DNA from: Chloroflexota bacterium
GTDB lineage: Bacteria > Chloroflexota > Anaerolineae > Anaerolineales > Villigracilaceae
Length of the DNA stretch: 64,000 nt
NCBI GenBank assembly: GCA_037445635.1
Contig: JBBIKC010000001.1
Location: 211,595 to 275,594, forward strand
Reading direction: 5' to 3'
The position numbers and the translations under genes are program-made. Shown here one piece after another: positions 1-9,666 of this stretch. How positions within the stretch are numbered: position 1 is the first letter of the stretch; every line of letters starts with the position of its first letter. The notes below the pieces were generated by a model. It made no database searches. It was not told where the DNA came from and saw only the letters and a list, made by a program, of their open reading frames with translations.

Positions 1-722
1 GTGTTTTCAACGATGGCGCTTACAGAGCCCTTTGTCAGGTCAAATCCAACAGTATAAACTCCTTGGTTGCTTTTATAGATAGGAGTAAGATCCACCTGCT
101 CTTGCTCTGGCATGGCTCTAACAGCAAATGCGTGCTCATTCAATACAGGCCCCGGCGGAACAACAATTAACAGCCCATCAGAAACAACGTCGCGTTCAGA
201 GAAAATGCCAACCCAGACCTCGCCATTATCTATCTCATCTAAATCCATCTCTAATTGCACAACCGCACTCTGAGGCAACTGAACGAACAAACCGTATTCC
301 TCTGCAGAAATCAAATCTTTGTGCCTGGCAAGAATGTATAGTCCGCCATTTTTTGTAGAAATGAAGTCCCAGATGGGTTGCTGATAACAGCCGTATTCAT
401 CTATTGAAGTTTCGCGAAATGGGTAAACCGACCATTGCTGGCTTATGCAACCATGTACCCAATCCTCGCCAGGGAGCCATTCCACAATCTCGGTAGGAGT
501 TTCGGTGACAGGCATTGTCTCTGTCGCAATTTCTGCAACGGTTGAAGTAATCATAATGGTTGGTGTACTTGTGGATGTAAAAAATTCCAACCACCACTCT
601 GCGACTGGGTCCGCGGCTATGATCATTCCAATACAACCAATCAGTGCGGCAACAATAGTTAGCGGAATCCTCAATCGTAATTTTGGCTTGTTCGCGTTTG
701 CGGGTGTGCTGCTGGCAGTCAT
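1..722 (-). CDS. hypothetical membrane-anchored protein; 3' end runs off the window and it is absent from the supplied ORF track
   Basis: My own minus-strand translation from ATG at 722 (GGAGG about 9 nt upstream) reads MTASSTPANANKPKLRLRIPLTIVAALIGCIGMIIA... It stays open for 240 codons down to position 1. One N-terminal TM helix. Visibly AT-richer than neighbours. No family recognised. Confidence 0.5.
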   Translation of the reverse strand, partial: MTASSTPANANKPKLRLRIPLTIVAALIGCIGMIIAADPVAEWWLEFFTSTSTPTIMITSTVAEIATETMPVTETPTEIVEWLPGEDWVHGCISQQWSVYPFRETSIDEYGCYQQPIWDFISTKNGGLYILARHKDLISAEEYGLFVQLPQSAVVQLEMDLDEIDNGEVWVGIFSERDVVSDGLLIVVPPGPVLNEHAFAVRAMPEQEQVDLTPIYKSNQGVYTVGFDLTKGSVSAIVEN

Positions 723-813
723 CTAAGGATACCTCCCATATATGGTTAGGACTTAAGTACCAGTATATCCGACTTCATGTTTTTTGCAAGGGAGTTTCGT
801 TCTCGATTTCAAA

Positions 814-1458
814 TCACTTCTTCCAGCCATGCTTCCCGCGCAGAGGCACGAACGCCACAGGCGTCACCTCGCGGCAATCGGAATGGGCGCCGTGCTTCGT
901 CCAAACCTGCATCATCTGATATCCCGAACCGCCGACGGGTATGACCAGGCGGGCGTTTTCTTTCAACTGATCCAGCAAAGGCTGGGGGACGTCCGGCGCG
1001 GCGGCCGCGACCAGAATCCCGTCATACGGCGCGGCTTCGGGCCAGCCCAGCGAGCCGTCACCAATGTGGCAGCGCACGTTGTCCAAGCCTAAATCCTTCA
1101 ACAATTTTTCAGCGCCCTCACCAAGTTCGGGCACCCACTCCACCGTGTGCACTTCGGCCGCGAGTTGACTCAGAATGGCGGCCTGATACCCGGACCCCGT
1201 CCCCACTTCCAGCACGCGCTCCCCGCCGCGCAGTTCGAGCAGGCTGGTCATCAGCGCGACGATGTAAGGCTGGGAAATCGTCTGTCCCCAGCCGATCGGG
1301 AGCGGCCCATCTGCATAGGCCAGATGGCGATACTCGTCGGGCACAAACAAATGGCGCGGCACCGATTCGAAGGCCGCCAGCAGGCGCGCCTCCCGCAGGC
1401 CGCGGCGGGCGATCTGGTCGCGCACCATATCCCTGCGTTCAGCCGCGTAATCGTTCAT
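814..1458 (-). CDS. pcm: protein-L-isoaspartate O-methyltransferase
   Basis: 214 aa with hallmark motifs QTISQPYIVALM, VLEVGTGSGYQAA and DGILVAAAAPDVP. ATGA overlap with the upstream mutY stop. Confidence 0.9.
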   Translation of the reverse strand: MNDYAAERRDMVRDQIARRGLREARLLAAFESVPRHLFVPDEYRHLAYADGPLPIGWGQTISQPYIVALMTSLLELRGGERVLEVGTGSGYQAAILSQLAAEVHTVEWVPELGEGAEKLLKDLGLDNVRCHIGDGSLGWPEAAPYDGILVAAAAPDVPQPLLDQLKENARLVIPVGGSGYQMMQVWTKHGAHSDCREVTPVAFVPLRGKHGWKK

Positions 1459-2504
1459 CGCCCTAATTTTCGCGCAATTTGCCTGTCAATTCTACCCATC
1501 GGATAATTTTCTAATTCGTCCACACTCACCCACTTCAAGTTTTTCTCTTTGGACATTGAAACTAGTTCGGCCTGAAAGACATGCACCGTGACTCGAAAAT
1601 GGGTGTAGGCATGTCGAATGACGCCCAGCGCCTCCCCCGCGCGGACCCCCAGCCCGTAGCCCGTTTTCAGGGCCTTGGCCAGCCCCTTGCGCGGATCGCC
1701 GTCCACGCGGCCGTTGGGGAATTCCCACATCCCGCCGAGCAGTCCCTTCGAGGGGCGCTTTGCCAGCAGAACACGCTTGCCTTTCATTATCACCACCGCG
1801 GCATGGACAACTCGCGGCACTTCCGCCTTGGGCTTCATCACAGGCCGCCCTTCCTGCACACCCAGCGCCCGCGCCCGACAGAACTCGCGCACAGGACAAA
1901 GCAGGCAACGCGGATTCTTCGGCAGGCAGACCGTCGCGCCCAAATCCATCAGCGCCTGGTTGTAATCGCCGGCCTGTCCCCTCGGCAGATGCGCCGCGGC
2001 CAGCGACCAGAGCCATTGCCCGCCCTCGCGCGAATCGGCAGGGACTTCCACGTTGAACAATCGTGAAAACACGCGGCGCAGGTTGCCGTCGAGCGTTGGT
2101 TCATCGAGGCCGAAGGCGATGGACGCAATCGCGCCCGCGGTGTAACGGCCAATGCCCGGCAGTGTTCGCAATTCATTCACGGAGCGCGGCAACTCGCCGC
2201 CGAATTCGTCTACTATTTTCTGCGCGGCTTTGTGCAAATTGCGGGCGCGGCTGTAATAGCCGAGTCCCTCCCATGCATTCAGCACATCCTGCTCGGAGGC
2301 CACGGCCAGCACGCGGACCGTCGGAAAGCGCACCATCCATTTTTCGAAATAGGGAATGACCGCCTCGACGCGCGTCTGCTGGAGCATGATCTCGGAGACC
2401 CACACCGCGTACGGATCGGCCGAGCCGCGCCAGGGGAGAGTCCGCGCGTGGAGGCGGTACCAGGCCAATAGTCGAGAAGCGAGGCGGGGTTCGTGGTCGG
2501 GCAT
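1455..2504 (-). CDS. mutY: A/G-specific adenine DNA glycosylase
   Basis: Contains WVSEIMLQQTRV, GLGYYSRARNL, the LPGIGRYTAGAI HhH motif, a 4Fe-4S Cys cluster (CLPKNPRCLLCPVREFC) and a NUDIX-like C-terminus. Start set at the internal Met (MPDHEP); the 36 upstream codons of the ORF look non-native. Confidence 0.88.
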   Translation of the reverse strand: MPDHEPRLASRLLAWYRLHARTLPWRGSADPYAVWVSEIMLQQTRVEAVIPYFEKWMVRFPTVRVLAVASEQDVLNAWEGLGYYSRARNLHKAAQKIVDEFGGELPRSVNELRTLPGIGRYTAGAIASIAFGLDEPTLDGNLRRVFSRLFNVEVPADSREGGQWLWSLAAAHLPRGQAGDYNQALMDLGATVCLPKNPRCLLCPVREFCRARALGVQEGRPVMKPKAEVPRVVHAAVVIMKGKRVLLAKRPSKGLLGGMWEFPNGRVDGDPRKGLAKALKTGYGLGVRAGEALGVIRHAYTHFRVTVHVFQAELVSMSKEKNLKWVSVDELENYPMGRIDRQIARKLGR

Positions 2505-2630
2505 GAGGAGTTGCTGTTGAAATCCAACAACACATTCGCGTCTCGCCTGCGCTACGCTCCGCTCGACGCGAAACAAACGACGGCTATTTGCACAGCCGTC
2601 GAGTCGGGTCAAGTCAAAAGTGGATGACGG

Positions 2631-2933
2631 TCAAAACTGAAATCCGCTGCGGGCAGGGACGATCTTGCACGAATAGTTGCGGACAAACGTAAAGAGTTGC
2701 TCGGAGAGGCGGCCCCACTCCTCGGAGTTGAGCGCCTTGCGCGCGCCGCCGGCGTTATCGGCCAGCAGGCCCACCTGAATCTGCGGATAATCGCCGTACA
2801 CCGTAGCCCAGGCTTCGATGGGCTGGAGACCCATGCGCTGGACACCCGGCACGAACTCGCCGATGACGAATTCGAAATACTCCTGTTCGCGGTCGGGGGC
2901 AATATCCCAGGTCATCACGACTTTAACGGGCAT
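2631..2933 (-). CDS. small conserved-looking hypothetical protein
   Basis: ORF 2631..2972 trimmed to MPVKVVMTWDI..., 8 nt after the stop of the upstream gene. Composition looks coding. No family recognised. Confidence 0.45.
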   Translation of the reverse strand: MPVKVVMTWDIAPDREQEYFEFVIGEFVPGVQRMGLQPIEAWATVYGDYPQIQVGLLADNAGGARKALNSEEWGRLSEQLFTFVRNYSCKIVPARSGFQF

Positions 2934-2940
2934 CGGTTTC

Positions 2941-3591
2941 CTATTCCCGTTGATAATCCAGCACGACGACATGGGTCTCGTCGGGCAGGCCGGAGCGCGT
3001 GACCTTGAGCGAGGGCTGGGGAGCGATCTTGCCGAGACCCATCTCTTTGAGGAACTTGTTGAGCGAATCGAGGCTCACTTTGACGTCGGGCGTGGCGTAG
3101 TGCATCGGGACGACGATGTTCGGCTCGAGCAGGCTGATGACCTCGGCTGCCTTGGCCGCGTTGAGTCCGCCCCCGCCTCCCACCGGGACGAGCGCCACGT
3201 TGACCGTTCCCAGGGCCTCCACCTCCGCCTGCGAGGGGACCTGTTTCAAGTCGCCGAGGTGCGCGACCGTGATGCCATCGTAATCGAATACGTACAGGGT
3301 GTTGCGCGTGGGTTCGGCGGACTTCTTCTTGGCCGCGCCGTCGGTCTGCACGCCAGTGATAAAAACGCCGCCAATTTCGAACTCGCCCGGGCCGTCAATC
3401 ACATGCGACGTGCCCTTGACCGCGTCCGTGTTGTTATGTCCCGCCGCGTCGTGACTGACGGTGACGATGTCCGCTTTGAGTTTCAAGGGTTCGTAGCCAA
3501 TCGTCTTACTGTCGAATGGATCGGTTACCACCGTGGCGAAGTTGCGCTCGGTGAGCCGAAAGCAGGAATGTCCATACCAGGTAATTTCCAT
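2941..3591 (-). CDS. metallo-beta-lactamase-fold hydrolase (UPF0173-like)
   Basis: 216 aa. The N-terminus MEITWYGHSCFRLTE...VVTDPF and later HDAAGHNN / VPMHY motifs are typical of UPF0173 metal-dependent hydrolases. Confidence 0.82.
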   Translation of the reverse strand: MEITWYGHSCFRLTERNFATVVTDPFDSKTIGYEPLKLKADIVTVSHDAAGHNNTDAVKGTSHVIDGPGEFEIGGVFITGVQTDGAAKKKSAEPTRNTLYVFDYDGITVAHLGDLKQVPSQAEVEALGTVNVALVPVGGGGGLNAAKAAEVISLLEPNIVVPMHYATPDVKVSLDSLNKFLKEMGLGKIAPQPSLKVTRSGLPDETHVVVLDYQRE

Positions 3592-3684
3592 GAAAGAGCC
3601 TCCGAGTCAATTATACTCGGTGTTGCCCGAGACGCCACACCCGCAAGTCTATGGATGATGGCAAGTATAACCCCATCAATAAAT

Positions 3685-3710
3685 GAGATACCCCGCACTG
3701 GGGGTATCTC
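3685..3710 (-). terminator. hairpin downstream of tRNA-Gln
   Basis: Perfect 10-bp stem GAGATACCCC/GGGGTATCTC with a 6-nt loop. On the minus strand it is followed by ATTTATTG. Confidence 0.55.
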
Positions 3711-3715
3711 GCAGG

Positions 3716-3786
3716 CTGGGGGCAAAGGATTCGAACCTCTACTAACTGATCCAGAGTCAGTCGTCCTGCCATTAGACGAGCCCCCA
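3716..3786 (-). tRNA. tRNA-Gln (anticodon CUG)
   Basis: Hand-folded 71-nt cloverleaf. Acceptor TGGGGGC/GCCCCCA (U1-A72, as in bacterial tRNA-Gln). D stem GTCT/GGAC. Anticodon stem ACTGA/TCAGT with loop CTCTGGA. T arm AGAGG-TTCGAAT-CCTTT. Discriminator G. CCA is not encoded. Confidence 0.9.
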
Positions 3787-3803
3787 CTGTTCCAGCGGGC
3801 AGT

Positions 3804-3832
3804 ATTTTAGCACAGCGCAACTATTCGGACAA
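3804..3832 (-). promoter_or_regulatory. candidate sigma70-type promoter for tRNA-Gln
   Basis: Minus strand reads TTGTCC, a 17-nt spacer, then TAAAAT, ending about 17 nt upstream of the tRNA 5' end. Confidence 0.4.
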
Positions 3833-3862
3833 GGCCGTATGGGACAGATCGGCAATCCCGCC

Positions 3863-4192
3863 CTATCTGCGCGCCGCGCGGCGCGTGTTATCCTCCATGT
3901 CCATCAATATCAACAGAGCCTTGCCGATGGCTTGCAGGGCAATGAAATAGACTATCCCGCGGAAGGGGCGCTCGACGATATAGAGCACATTCATAAATAG
4001 ATCCGAAAAACCCATACCCGCCCAGAAGCCGCGCAGATACTGCAAAGCGAAGACCCCCAGCGCCGCGATCAAGTCAACGGCATAGACGACTACCACCACC
4101 CACGCAAGAATATCCGCCCAGCGCGAGAGGGTCATCACCGCATCGCGGTTGAAATACGTGCCCATGAATTTTTCATCTTTGGCTTCGCTCAT
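3863..4192 (-). CDS. small integral membrane protein, hypothetical
   Basis: 109 aa with two or three hydrophobic helices ([23 protein letters not shown]; [17 protein letters not shown]). No family recognised. Confidence 0.5.
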   Translation of the reverse strand: MSEAKDEKFMGTYFNRDAVMTLSRWADILAWVVVVVYAVDLIAALGVFALQYLRGFWAGMGFSDLFMNVLYIVERPFRGIVYFIALQAIGKALLILMDMEDNTRRAARR

Positions 4193-4213
4193 ATGTGCCT
4201 CCAGTGCAAATTA

Positions 4214-4242
4214 TAAAACAATCCGCCGCGCTTTGTTATAAT
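4214..4242 (+). promoter_or_regulatory. candidate extended -10 promoter for glnS
   Basis: TGTTATAAT (TGnTATAAT) at 4234-4242, 28 nt upstream of the glnS ATG. The -35 region is weak. Confidence 0.45.
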
Positions 4243-4269
4243 CAGGCATATCCACTCCAAGGAACCAGA

Positions 4270-5973
4270 ATGACCGAAGAAATCACCAGCCGAATTCCCG
4301 CATTTATCCGCGAAGCCGTGGCCGAAGATCTGCGCACGGGCCGCTTCAACTACGTCCGCACGCGCCTGCCGCCCGAACCGAACGGCTATCTCCACATCGG
4401 GCATGTCAAGGCATTTTTGATTGACTACTTTACCGCGCAGGAATTCGGCGGCGAGTTGTATCTGCGCTTCGACGACACCAACCCCTCCAAAGAGGAGACC
4501 GAGTTCGTGGACGCCATCAAAGAGGACGCGGCCTGGCTCGGAATCAAATGGGTCAAGGAGACTTACGCCTCCGACTACTTCGATCTGCTCTACGAGTGGG
4601 CGGTGAAACTCGTCAAAATGGGCCTGGCCTATGTGGACGACCAGACTCAGGAAGAGATGAGCGCGTCGAGGGGCACCCTCCCCAAAGGTACGAAATGGAG
4701 CGAAACCGAAGTGGCGCTCAAGCCCGGCGTGGAGTCCCCATATCGCAACCGCTCTGTGGAGGAGAATCTCGATTTGCTGGAGCGGATGAAGAACGGTGAG
4801 TTCCCGGAAGGGAGCCGCGTCCTGCGCGCCAAAATTGACATGGCGCATCCCAACATCCTTTTGCGCGATCCCGTCATGTACCGCATCATGAACGTGCCGC
4901 ATCATCGTACCGGTACGAAGTGGCACATCTACCCGATGTACGACTGGTCGCACGGACAGAACGACTCGATGGAAGGCATCACGCATTCGTTGTGTTCCAA
5001 CGAGTACATCATCCATCGTCCGCTATACGAGTGGTTCCTGCAAAAACTGGAAGCCTTCCCCTCGCGCCAGATCGAATTCTCGCGCCTCAACCTGACTTAC
5101 GCGATGATGTCCAAGCGCAAGATGCGGAAACTCGTCGAAGAGGGAATCGTGCGCGGCTGGGACGACCCGCGCCTCACCACACTGCGCGGACTGCGCCGGC
5201 GCGGGGTCACGCCCGAGGCGATCATCAACTTCGTCACCAGCACGGGCGAGACGAAAAACGACAGTTACGTGGAGATGGCGCAATTCGAGGCTGTAATCCG
5301 CGACGACCTGAACAAGCGCGCCCTGCGCCGCATGGCCGTCCTGCATCCGCTCAAACTGGTGATTGACAATTATCCCGAAGGCCAGACCGAGGAGATGGAA
5401 GCAGTCAACAACCCCGAAGACCCGTCGGCGGGGACGCGCAAGATCCCGTTCTCGAAGACGCTCTACATCGAACAGGACGATTTCCGCGAGACGCCTCCGC
5501 CCAAATATTTCCGCCTCTTCCCCGGCAACGAGGTGCGCTTGCGCTACGCCTATCTGGTCAAGTGCACGCACGTCGTCAAGAACGACGCGGGCGAGGTGAC
5601 CGAAGTTCACTGCACGTACGATCCCGCCACGCGCGGCGGCGACGCACCCGACGGGAGAAAGGTCAAGGGTACGATTCACTGGGTCTCTACGGCACATGCT
5701 GTGAAAGCCGAGGCGAGACTCTACGAGCAGTTGTTCACCGTCGAGCGCCCGGACGAAGGCTACCTGGAAAACATCGTCAACCCCCATTCGCTGGAAGTGC
5801 TGGAATGTTTCGTGGAACCCGCGCTGGGCAAAGTCGAATCGGGCGAGAAGTTCCAGTTCGAACGCACGGGTTACTTCTGCGCCGACCCAGACACACGCCC
5901 CGGCAAGCCGGTCTTCAATCGAACAGTAACGCTGAAAGATAGTTGGGCGAAGATCGAAAAGAAACCAGGTTAA
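4270..5973 (+). CDS. glnS: glutaminyl-tRNA synthetase
   Basis: Class I HIGH motif ([11 protein letters not shown]) and MSKR (KMSKS-type) motif. Full-length GlnRS-like N- and C-terminal beta-barrel regions. Start moved to ATG 4270 ([15 protein letters not shown]). Confidence 0.93.
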   Translation: MTEEITSRIPAFIREAVAEDLRTGRFNYVRTRLPPEPNGYLHIGHVKAFLIDYFTAQEFGGELYLRFDDTNPSKEETEFVDAIKEDAAWLGIKWVKETYASDYFDLLYEWAVKLVKMGLAYVDDQTQEEMSASRGTLPKGTKWSETEVALKPGVESPYRNRSVEENLDLLERMKNGEFPEGSRVLRAKIDMAHPNILLRDPVMYRIMNVPHHRTGTKWHIYPMYDWSHGQNDSMEGITHSLCSNEYIIHRPLYEWFLQKLEAFPSRQIEFSRLNLTYAMMSKRKMRKLVEEGIVRGWDDPRLTTLRGLRRRGVTPEAIINFVTSTGETKNDSYVEMAQFEAVIRDDLNKRALRRMAVLHPLKLVIDNYPEGQTEEMEAVNNPEDPSAGTRKIPFSKTLYIEQDDFRETPPPKYFRLFPGNEVRLRYAYLVKCTHVVKNDAGEVTEVHCTYDPATRGGDAPDGRKVKGTIHWVSTAHAVKAEARLYEQLFTVERPDEGYLENIVNPHSLEVLECFVEPALGKVESGEKFQFERTGYFCADPDTRPGKPVFNRTVTLKDSWAKIEKKPG

Positions 5974-5977
5974 GGAG

Positions 5978-6008
5978 AGCGGCGGCCATGAGGCCGCCGC
6001 TTCTTTTA
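5978..6008. terminator. bidirectional intrinsic terminator between convergent glnS and gltX
   Basis: Stem AGCGGCGGCC/GGCCGCCGCT with loop ATGA, followed by TCTTTTA. Confidence 0.7.
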
Positions 6009-7487
6009 CATCTTCTCCAAAATCTCGATGGCGCGCTTCAGCCGCTCCAGTGCTTTCTCTTTCCCGATGATCTCCATGCTCTCGAACAGCGGCGGGCTGA
6101 CCTTTTGCCCGGTCACCGCGACGCGCAGAATGCCGAATACCTGATTGGCCGTCAGGCCCGACTCCTCGACGTAGGCGCGCATCGGCGGTTCCGCTCGCGC
6201 GTGACCCAGGTCTGGCTGCGCGGAAAGAATTTGATACGCCCTTCGAGCGACCTCGGCGGATTGTCTTGCGTCCAGTCCTTTCGCGATCAAGTCTTCTGGA
6301 TTCGGCGAAACTGTCTCGCGGAAGAAGAAGCCCGCGAAGGGAAGGCAATCGTCCAGCGTGACGAGTCGCTCGCGGATCAGCGGCACGATTTTCAGGAGCA
6401 TTTCGTCGTTGACGGCGAATCCCTCACGCGTGAAATACGGTTTGAGACGCGCCGCCAGGTCCTCGGTCTGCAAGAGGCGGATGTGCGTCCCGTTGAAATG
6501 ATCCAGTTTTTGGAAATTGATGGCCGCGGGCGAGGGGGTCAGGCGGTCGACACTGAAGCGTTTAATCATTTGTTCGAGGGTCATTACATCGTCTTCGGGG
6601 ACGCCCCAGCCCATCAACGCGGCCCAGTTCAGAACGCCTTCGGGAATGAAACCGAGGTCGTGCATGTCCTTGACGAAAATGGAGTAGCCGTCCTTCAACG
6701 CCTCGGCGGCTGCGCGCTTGGACATCTTGCCCTTGCCGCTCGGCTTGAGGAACAGCGAGAAATGCACCCAGACCGGTTCGTCCCACCCGAAGGCGCGGAG
6801 GATGTTGACGTGCAGCGGAAAAGTGGACAACCACTCCGCGCCGCGCAGGACATGGGTGATCTTCATCTCGTAATCGTCCACCATCGCGCCGAAGTGATAG
6901 GTGGGCAGGCCGTCCGATTTGAGGAGAATGGCGTCGTCGAAATTCTTGTTTTCCACCACAATATCGCCGCGCAGAAGATCGTGCGCCACTGTCGTGCCGT
7001 CCTGAGGCATCTTCAAGCGGATGACGTGTTTCTCGCCCGCGGCGACGCGGCGCGCGGCCTCGCCGGGATCGAGGTTGCGGCACGCGCCATCATAACGCGG
7101 CGTCTCTTTGCGCGCGCGTTGTTCCTGCCGAATTTGCTCCAAGCGTTCCGCCGAACAAAAACAGGGATAGGCCGCGCCCTTTTCAATGAGAGTCTTCGCG
7201 TGATGTTGATATATCTCGCGGCGCTCGGTCTGGCGGTACGGGCCGTACGGGCCGCCTATGTCGGGGCCTTCGTCGTAATCGAGGCCGAGCCAGCGCAAAC
7301 CGTCCATGATCTCCTGCTCGGCGCCGGGGAGGGTGCGTTTGATGTCCGTATCCTCGAGACGCAGGATGAACTGTCCGCCGGTTTGGCGGGCGAGTAAAAA
7401 GTTGTAGAGGGCGTTGCGCGCCGTCGCCAGGTGCATGTGACCCGTCGGAGAGGGCGCCAGGCGCACGCGCGCGGGAGTGATTGTCAA
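6006..7487 (-). CDS. gltX: glutamyl-tRNA synthetase
   Basis: Contains RVRLAPSPTGHMHLATARNALYN (HIGH-type) and KMSKR. Start reassigned to TTG at 7487, preceded by GGAGG. The longer ORF would overlap the rodA 3' end. Confidence 0.9.
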   Translation of the reverse strand: MTITPARVRLAPSPTGHMHLATARNALYNFLLARQTGGQFILRLEDTDIKRTLPGAEQEIMDGLRWLGLDYDEGPDIGGPYGPYRQTERREIYQHHAKTLIEKGAAYPCFCSAERLEQIRQEQRARKETPRYDGACRNLDPGEAARRVAAGEKHVIRLKMPQDGTTVAHDLLRGDIVVENKNFDDAILLKSDGLPTYHFGAMVDDYEMKITHVLRGAEWLSTFPLHVNILRAFGWDEPVWVHFSLFLKPSGKGKMSKRAAAEALKDGYSIFVKDMHDLGFIPEGVLNWAALMGWGVPEDDVMTLEQMIKRFSVDRLTPSPAAINFQKLDHFNGTHIRLLQTEDLAARLKPYFTREGFAVNDEMLLKIVPLIRERLVTLDDCLPFAGFFFRETVSPNPEDLIAKGLDARQSAEVARRAYQILSAQPDLGHARAEPPMRAYVEESGLTANQVFGILRVAVTGQKVSPPLFESMEIIGKEKALERLKRAIEILEKM

Positions 7488-7503
7488 GGAAGCCTCCGGA
7501 GAA

Positions 7504-8604
7504 TTAAAAGTCCAGCTGCCGATGCCGCAGGATGACGCTTTCCACCAGCCCGATTCCCAGCATAAGCGAGACAAGGCCGCTTCCGCCATAACTGATGAAC
7601 GGCAGGGGCAGCCCCGACACGGGAATGATATTCAAGTTCACGCCAATGTTGACTATGCCCTGAAAGAAAATGAGCACGGCTACACCATAAGAGATCATCG
7701 CGCCGGTGACATCCTTGGCGAGCCTGGCGGCGCGCAGACAGCGCCAAATAATAAAGACCAGAATGGCGATGACCAGCAGCCCGCCAATGAGGCCAAATTC
7801 CTCGGAAATCGCCGAGAAAATAAAGTCTGTGTGGCGGACTTTCAGGAAGCGCAGCTGGGTCTGCGTGCCGTGACCGTAGCCTTTGCCCAGCAGTCCGCCC
7901 GAGCCGATGGCGATCAGTGCCTGCTGGACGTTATAGGTCGCACCGTAACTGGCGTTCGGATCGGGAAACAGGAAGGTGATGACGCGCGCCTGCTGGTAGG
8001 GCTCAAGGAATGGAAATCCGATGATGACAATCGCGATCCCTGCCAGACTAAGCCAGAGCAGGTATTTCAAAGGAAGGCCGTTGATCCAGACCATGGCGGC
8101 CCACAAGACCATCATCACAATCACATTGCTCAGGTTCGGCTGGAGAAAAATCCAGATCGCCAGCCCCCACACCCATGCCAGACTTCCCGCTACCCAGCGG
8201 AAGTTACGCGGGTCGTTCTGGGTCTTTTCGAAGTAACGCGCCAGGATCAGGATGAGGACGACCTTTGCCAGTTCGGTCGGCTGGATGAAGAGGCCCGCCA
8301 CCTGGAACCAGCGCGCCGCGCCGAACTGCGGCTGTGCGCTCAGGAACAGGAAGAACAGCAACACCATCATGACCGCGTACATCGGGCGATAGAGCGCCGT
8401 CCAATAGCGATAATCAATTCCTGCGGCCAGGATAATCACAGCCAGGCCGATCCCCGCAAACGTGATCTGGCGGCTGACCGAAGCGGCGATTTCCTCGTTT
8501 CCCGCGATCGCCGAGCGAATCATGGCAACGCCGAAGGCAATCGCCAGAAGGATCACGCCCAACAGCAGAAAATCGAAATGTCTCCAGGAAAGACCGCGAA
8601 ACAT
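7504..8604 (-). CDS. rodA: rod-shape-determining SEDS protein RodA (FtsW/RodA/SpoVE family)
   Basis: 366 aa and about 9-10 TM helices. C-terminal GVNLNIIPVSGLPLPFISYGGSGL motif. Lies in the mre/min operon. Confidence 0.88.
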   Translation of the reverse strand: MFRGLSWRHFDFLLLGVILLAIAFGVAMIRSAIAGNEEIAASVSRQITFAGIGLAVIILAAGIDYRYWTALYRPMYAVMMVLLFFLFLSAQPQFGAARWFQVAGLFIQPTELAKVVLILILARYFEKTQNDPRNFRWVAGSLAWVWGLAIWIFLQPNLSNVIVMMVLWAAMVWINGLPLKYLLWLSLAGIAIVIIGFPFLEPYQQARVITFLFPDPNASYGATYNVQQALIAIGSGGLLGKGYGHGTQTQLRFLKVRHTDFIFSAISEEFGLIGGLLVIAILVFIIWRCLRAARLAKDVTGAMISYGVAVLIFFQGIVNIGVNLNIIPVSGLPLPFISYGGSGLVSLMLGIGLVESVILRHRQLDF

Positions 8605-8615
8605 TCTTTCTCGAA

Positions 8616-8867
8616 CTAACCGGCGCGGCGGCGGGCAACACTCCGCAATGGAATATCGGCTACCAGTCTCTGCTCGCGGCCGTCGCGGGCAATGTCAATG
8701 CTGACGGCTTTCGGGTCAATGTCCACATGCCGTGAGATGGTGGAGATCAGATCGTCTTTCAAAGACTCCAACTCCGCCGGAGTCAGGTCGGTGCGATCGT
8801 GGATGAGCACCAGTTGGAGACGTTCCTTGGCGCTCTGGGCGCTGGACTTTCGGCCAAACCAGTTCAT
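8616..8867 (-). CDS. minE: cell division topological specificity factor MinE
   Basis: 83 aa. The AKERLQLVLIHDR and DDLISTISRHVDID segments are typical of MinE. Sits directly after minD. Confidence 0.9.
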   Translation of the reverse strand: MNWFGRKSSAQSAKERLQLVLIHDRTDLTPAELESLKDDLISTISRHVDIDPKAVSIDIARDGREQRLVADIPLRSVARRRAG

Positions 8868-8871
8868 CGTC

Positions 8872-9666
8872 TTATTTCCTCCCCAGGCGTGAAATGCGGT
8901 CCCAGAGACTGCCCTGACCGCCCAGGTCCATGAAAGGAACGTCCTCTCCCTTCAAACGACGGGCAATGTTACGGAACGCCTGTCCCGCGCGGCTCTTCGA
9001 GTCCATGGCGACGGGATTGCCGCGGTTGGTGCCGATGATGACGTTCTCGTCCTCGGGCACGATGCCGATCAGTTTGATCGCCAGCAGATCGAGCACGTCT
9101 TCGGCCGACAACATGTCGTGATGTTTGACGAGGGATGGGTTCAAGCGATTGATGATGAGCGTGGGCGTGCCCTTTTCCTCGGCTTCGAGGATGCCCACCA
9201 CGCGGTCGGCGTCGCGCACGGCCGAGACTTCCGGGTTGGTGACCACGACCACTTTATCCGCGGAGGCAATGGCGTTGCGAAAGCCGCGCTCGATGCCCGC
9301 AGGCGAATCGATGATGACCCAGTCCACTTCGGGGCGCAACTCGTCGCACAGGCGCACCATATCGGACGGCGACACGGCCGATTTGTCCCGCGTTTGAGCC
9401 GCAGGGATGAGATGCAGTTCAGGCAGGCGCTTGTCGCGGATCATGGCCTGCCGCAAACGGCAGCGTCCTTCGATCACATCTACGAGATCGTAAACGATTC
9501 GATTCTCGAGCCCCATCACCACATCCAGGTTCCGCAGACCGATATCGCCGTCAATACAAACCACCTTCTGCCCGTCGGCGGCCAGCGCCACGGCAATGTT
9601 GGCAACGGCGGTGGTCTTGCCGACGCCGCCTTTCCCGGAAGTTACAGTTAGCACTTGTGCTGTCAT
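8872..9666 (-). CDS. minD: septum site-determining ATPase MinD
   Basis: Deviant Walker A TSGKGGVGKTT. 264 aa. C-terminal amphipathic tail. ATGA overlap with minC. Confidence 0.95.
   Translation of the reverse strand: MTAQVLTVTSGKGGVGKTTAVANIAVALAADGQKVVCIDGDIGLRNLDVVMGLENRIVYDLVDVIEGRCRLRQAMIRDKRLPELHLIPAAQTRDKSAVSPSDMVRLCDELRPEVDWVIIDSPAGIERGFRNAIASADKVVVVTNPEVSAVRDADRVVGILEAEEKGTPTLIINRLNPSLVKHHDMLSAEDVLDLLAIKLIGIVPEDENVIIGTNRGNPVAMDSKSRAGQAFRNIARRLKGEDVPFMDLGGQGSLWDRISRLGRK

Noticed and set aside
2818-3810. 330-aa plus-strand ORF
   Set aside because: It is antisense to the MBL-fold hydrolase and runs through the tRNA-Gln gene.
5943-7397. 484-aa plus-strand ORF, together with the 5023..6348 minus-strand ORF
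   Set aside because: They are antisense to gltX and glnS respectively. Both real genes have unambiguous class I synthetase motifs.
7477-8619. 380-aa plus-strand ORF
   Set aside because: It is antisense to rodA. Its hydrophilic Gln/Asp/Arg-rich composition mirrors a membrane protein's complement.
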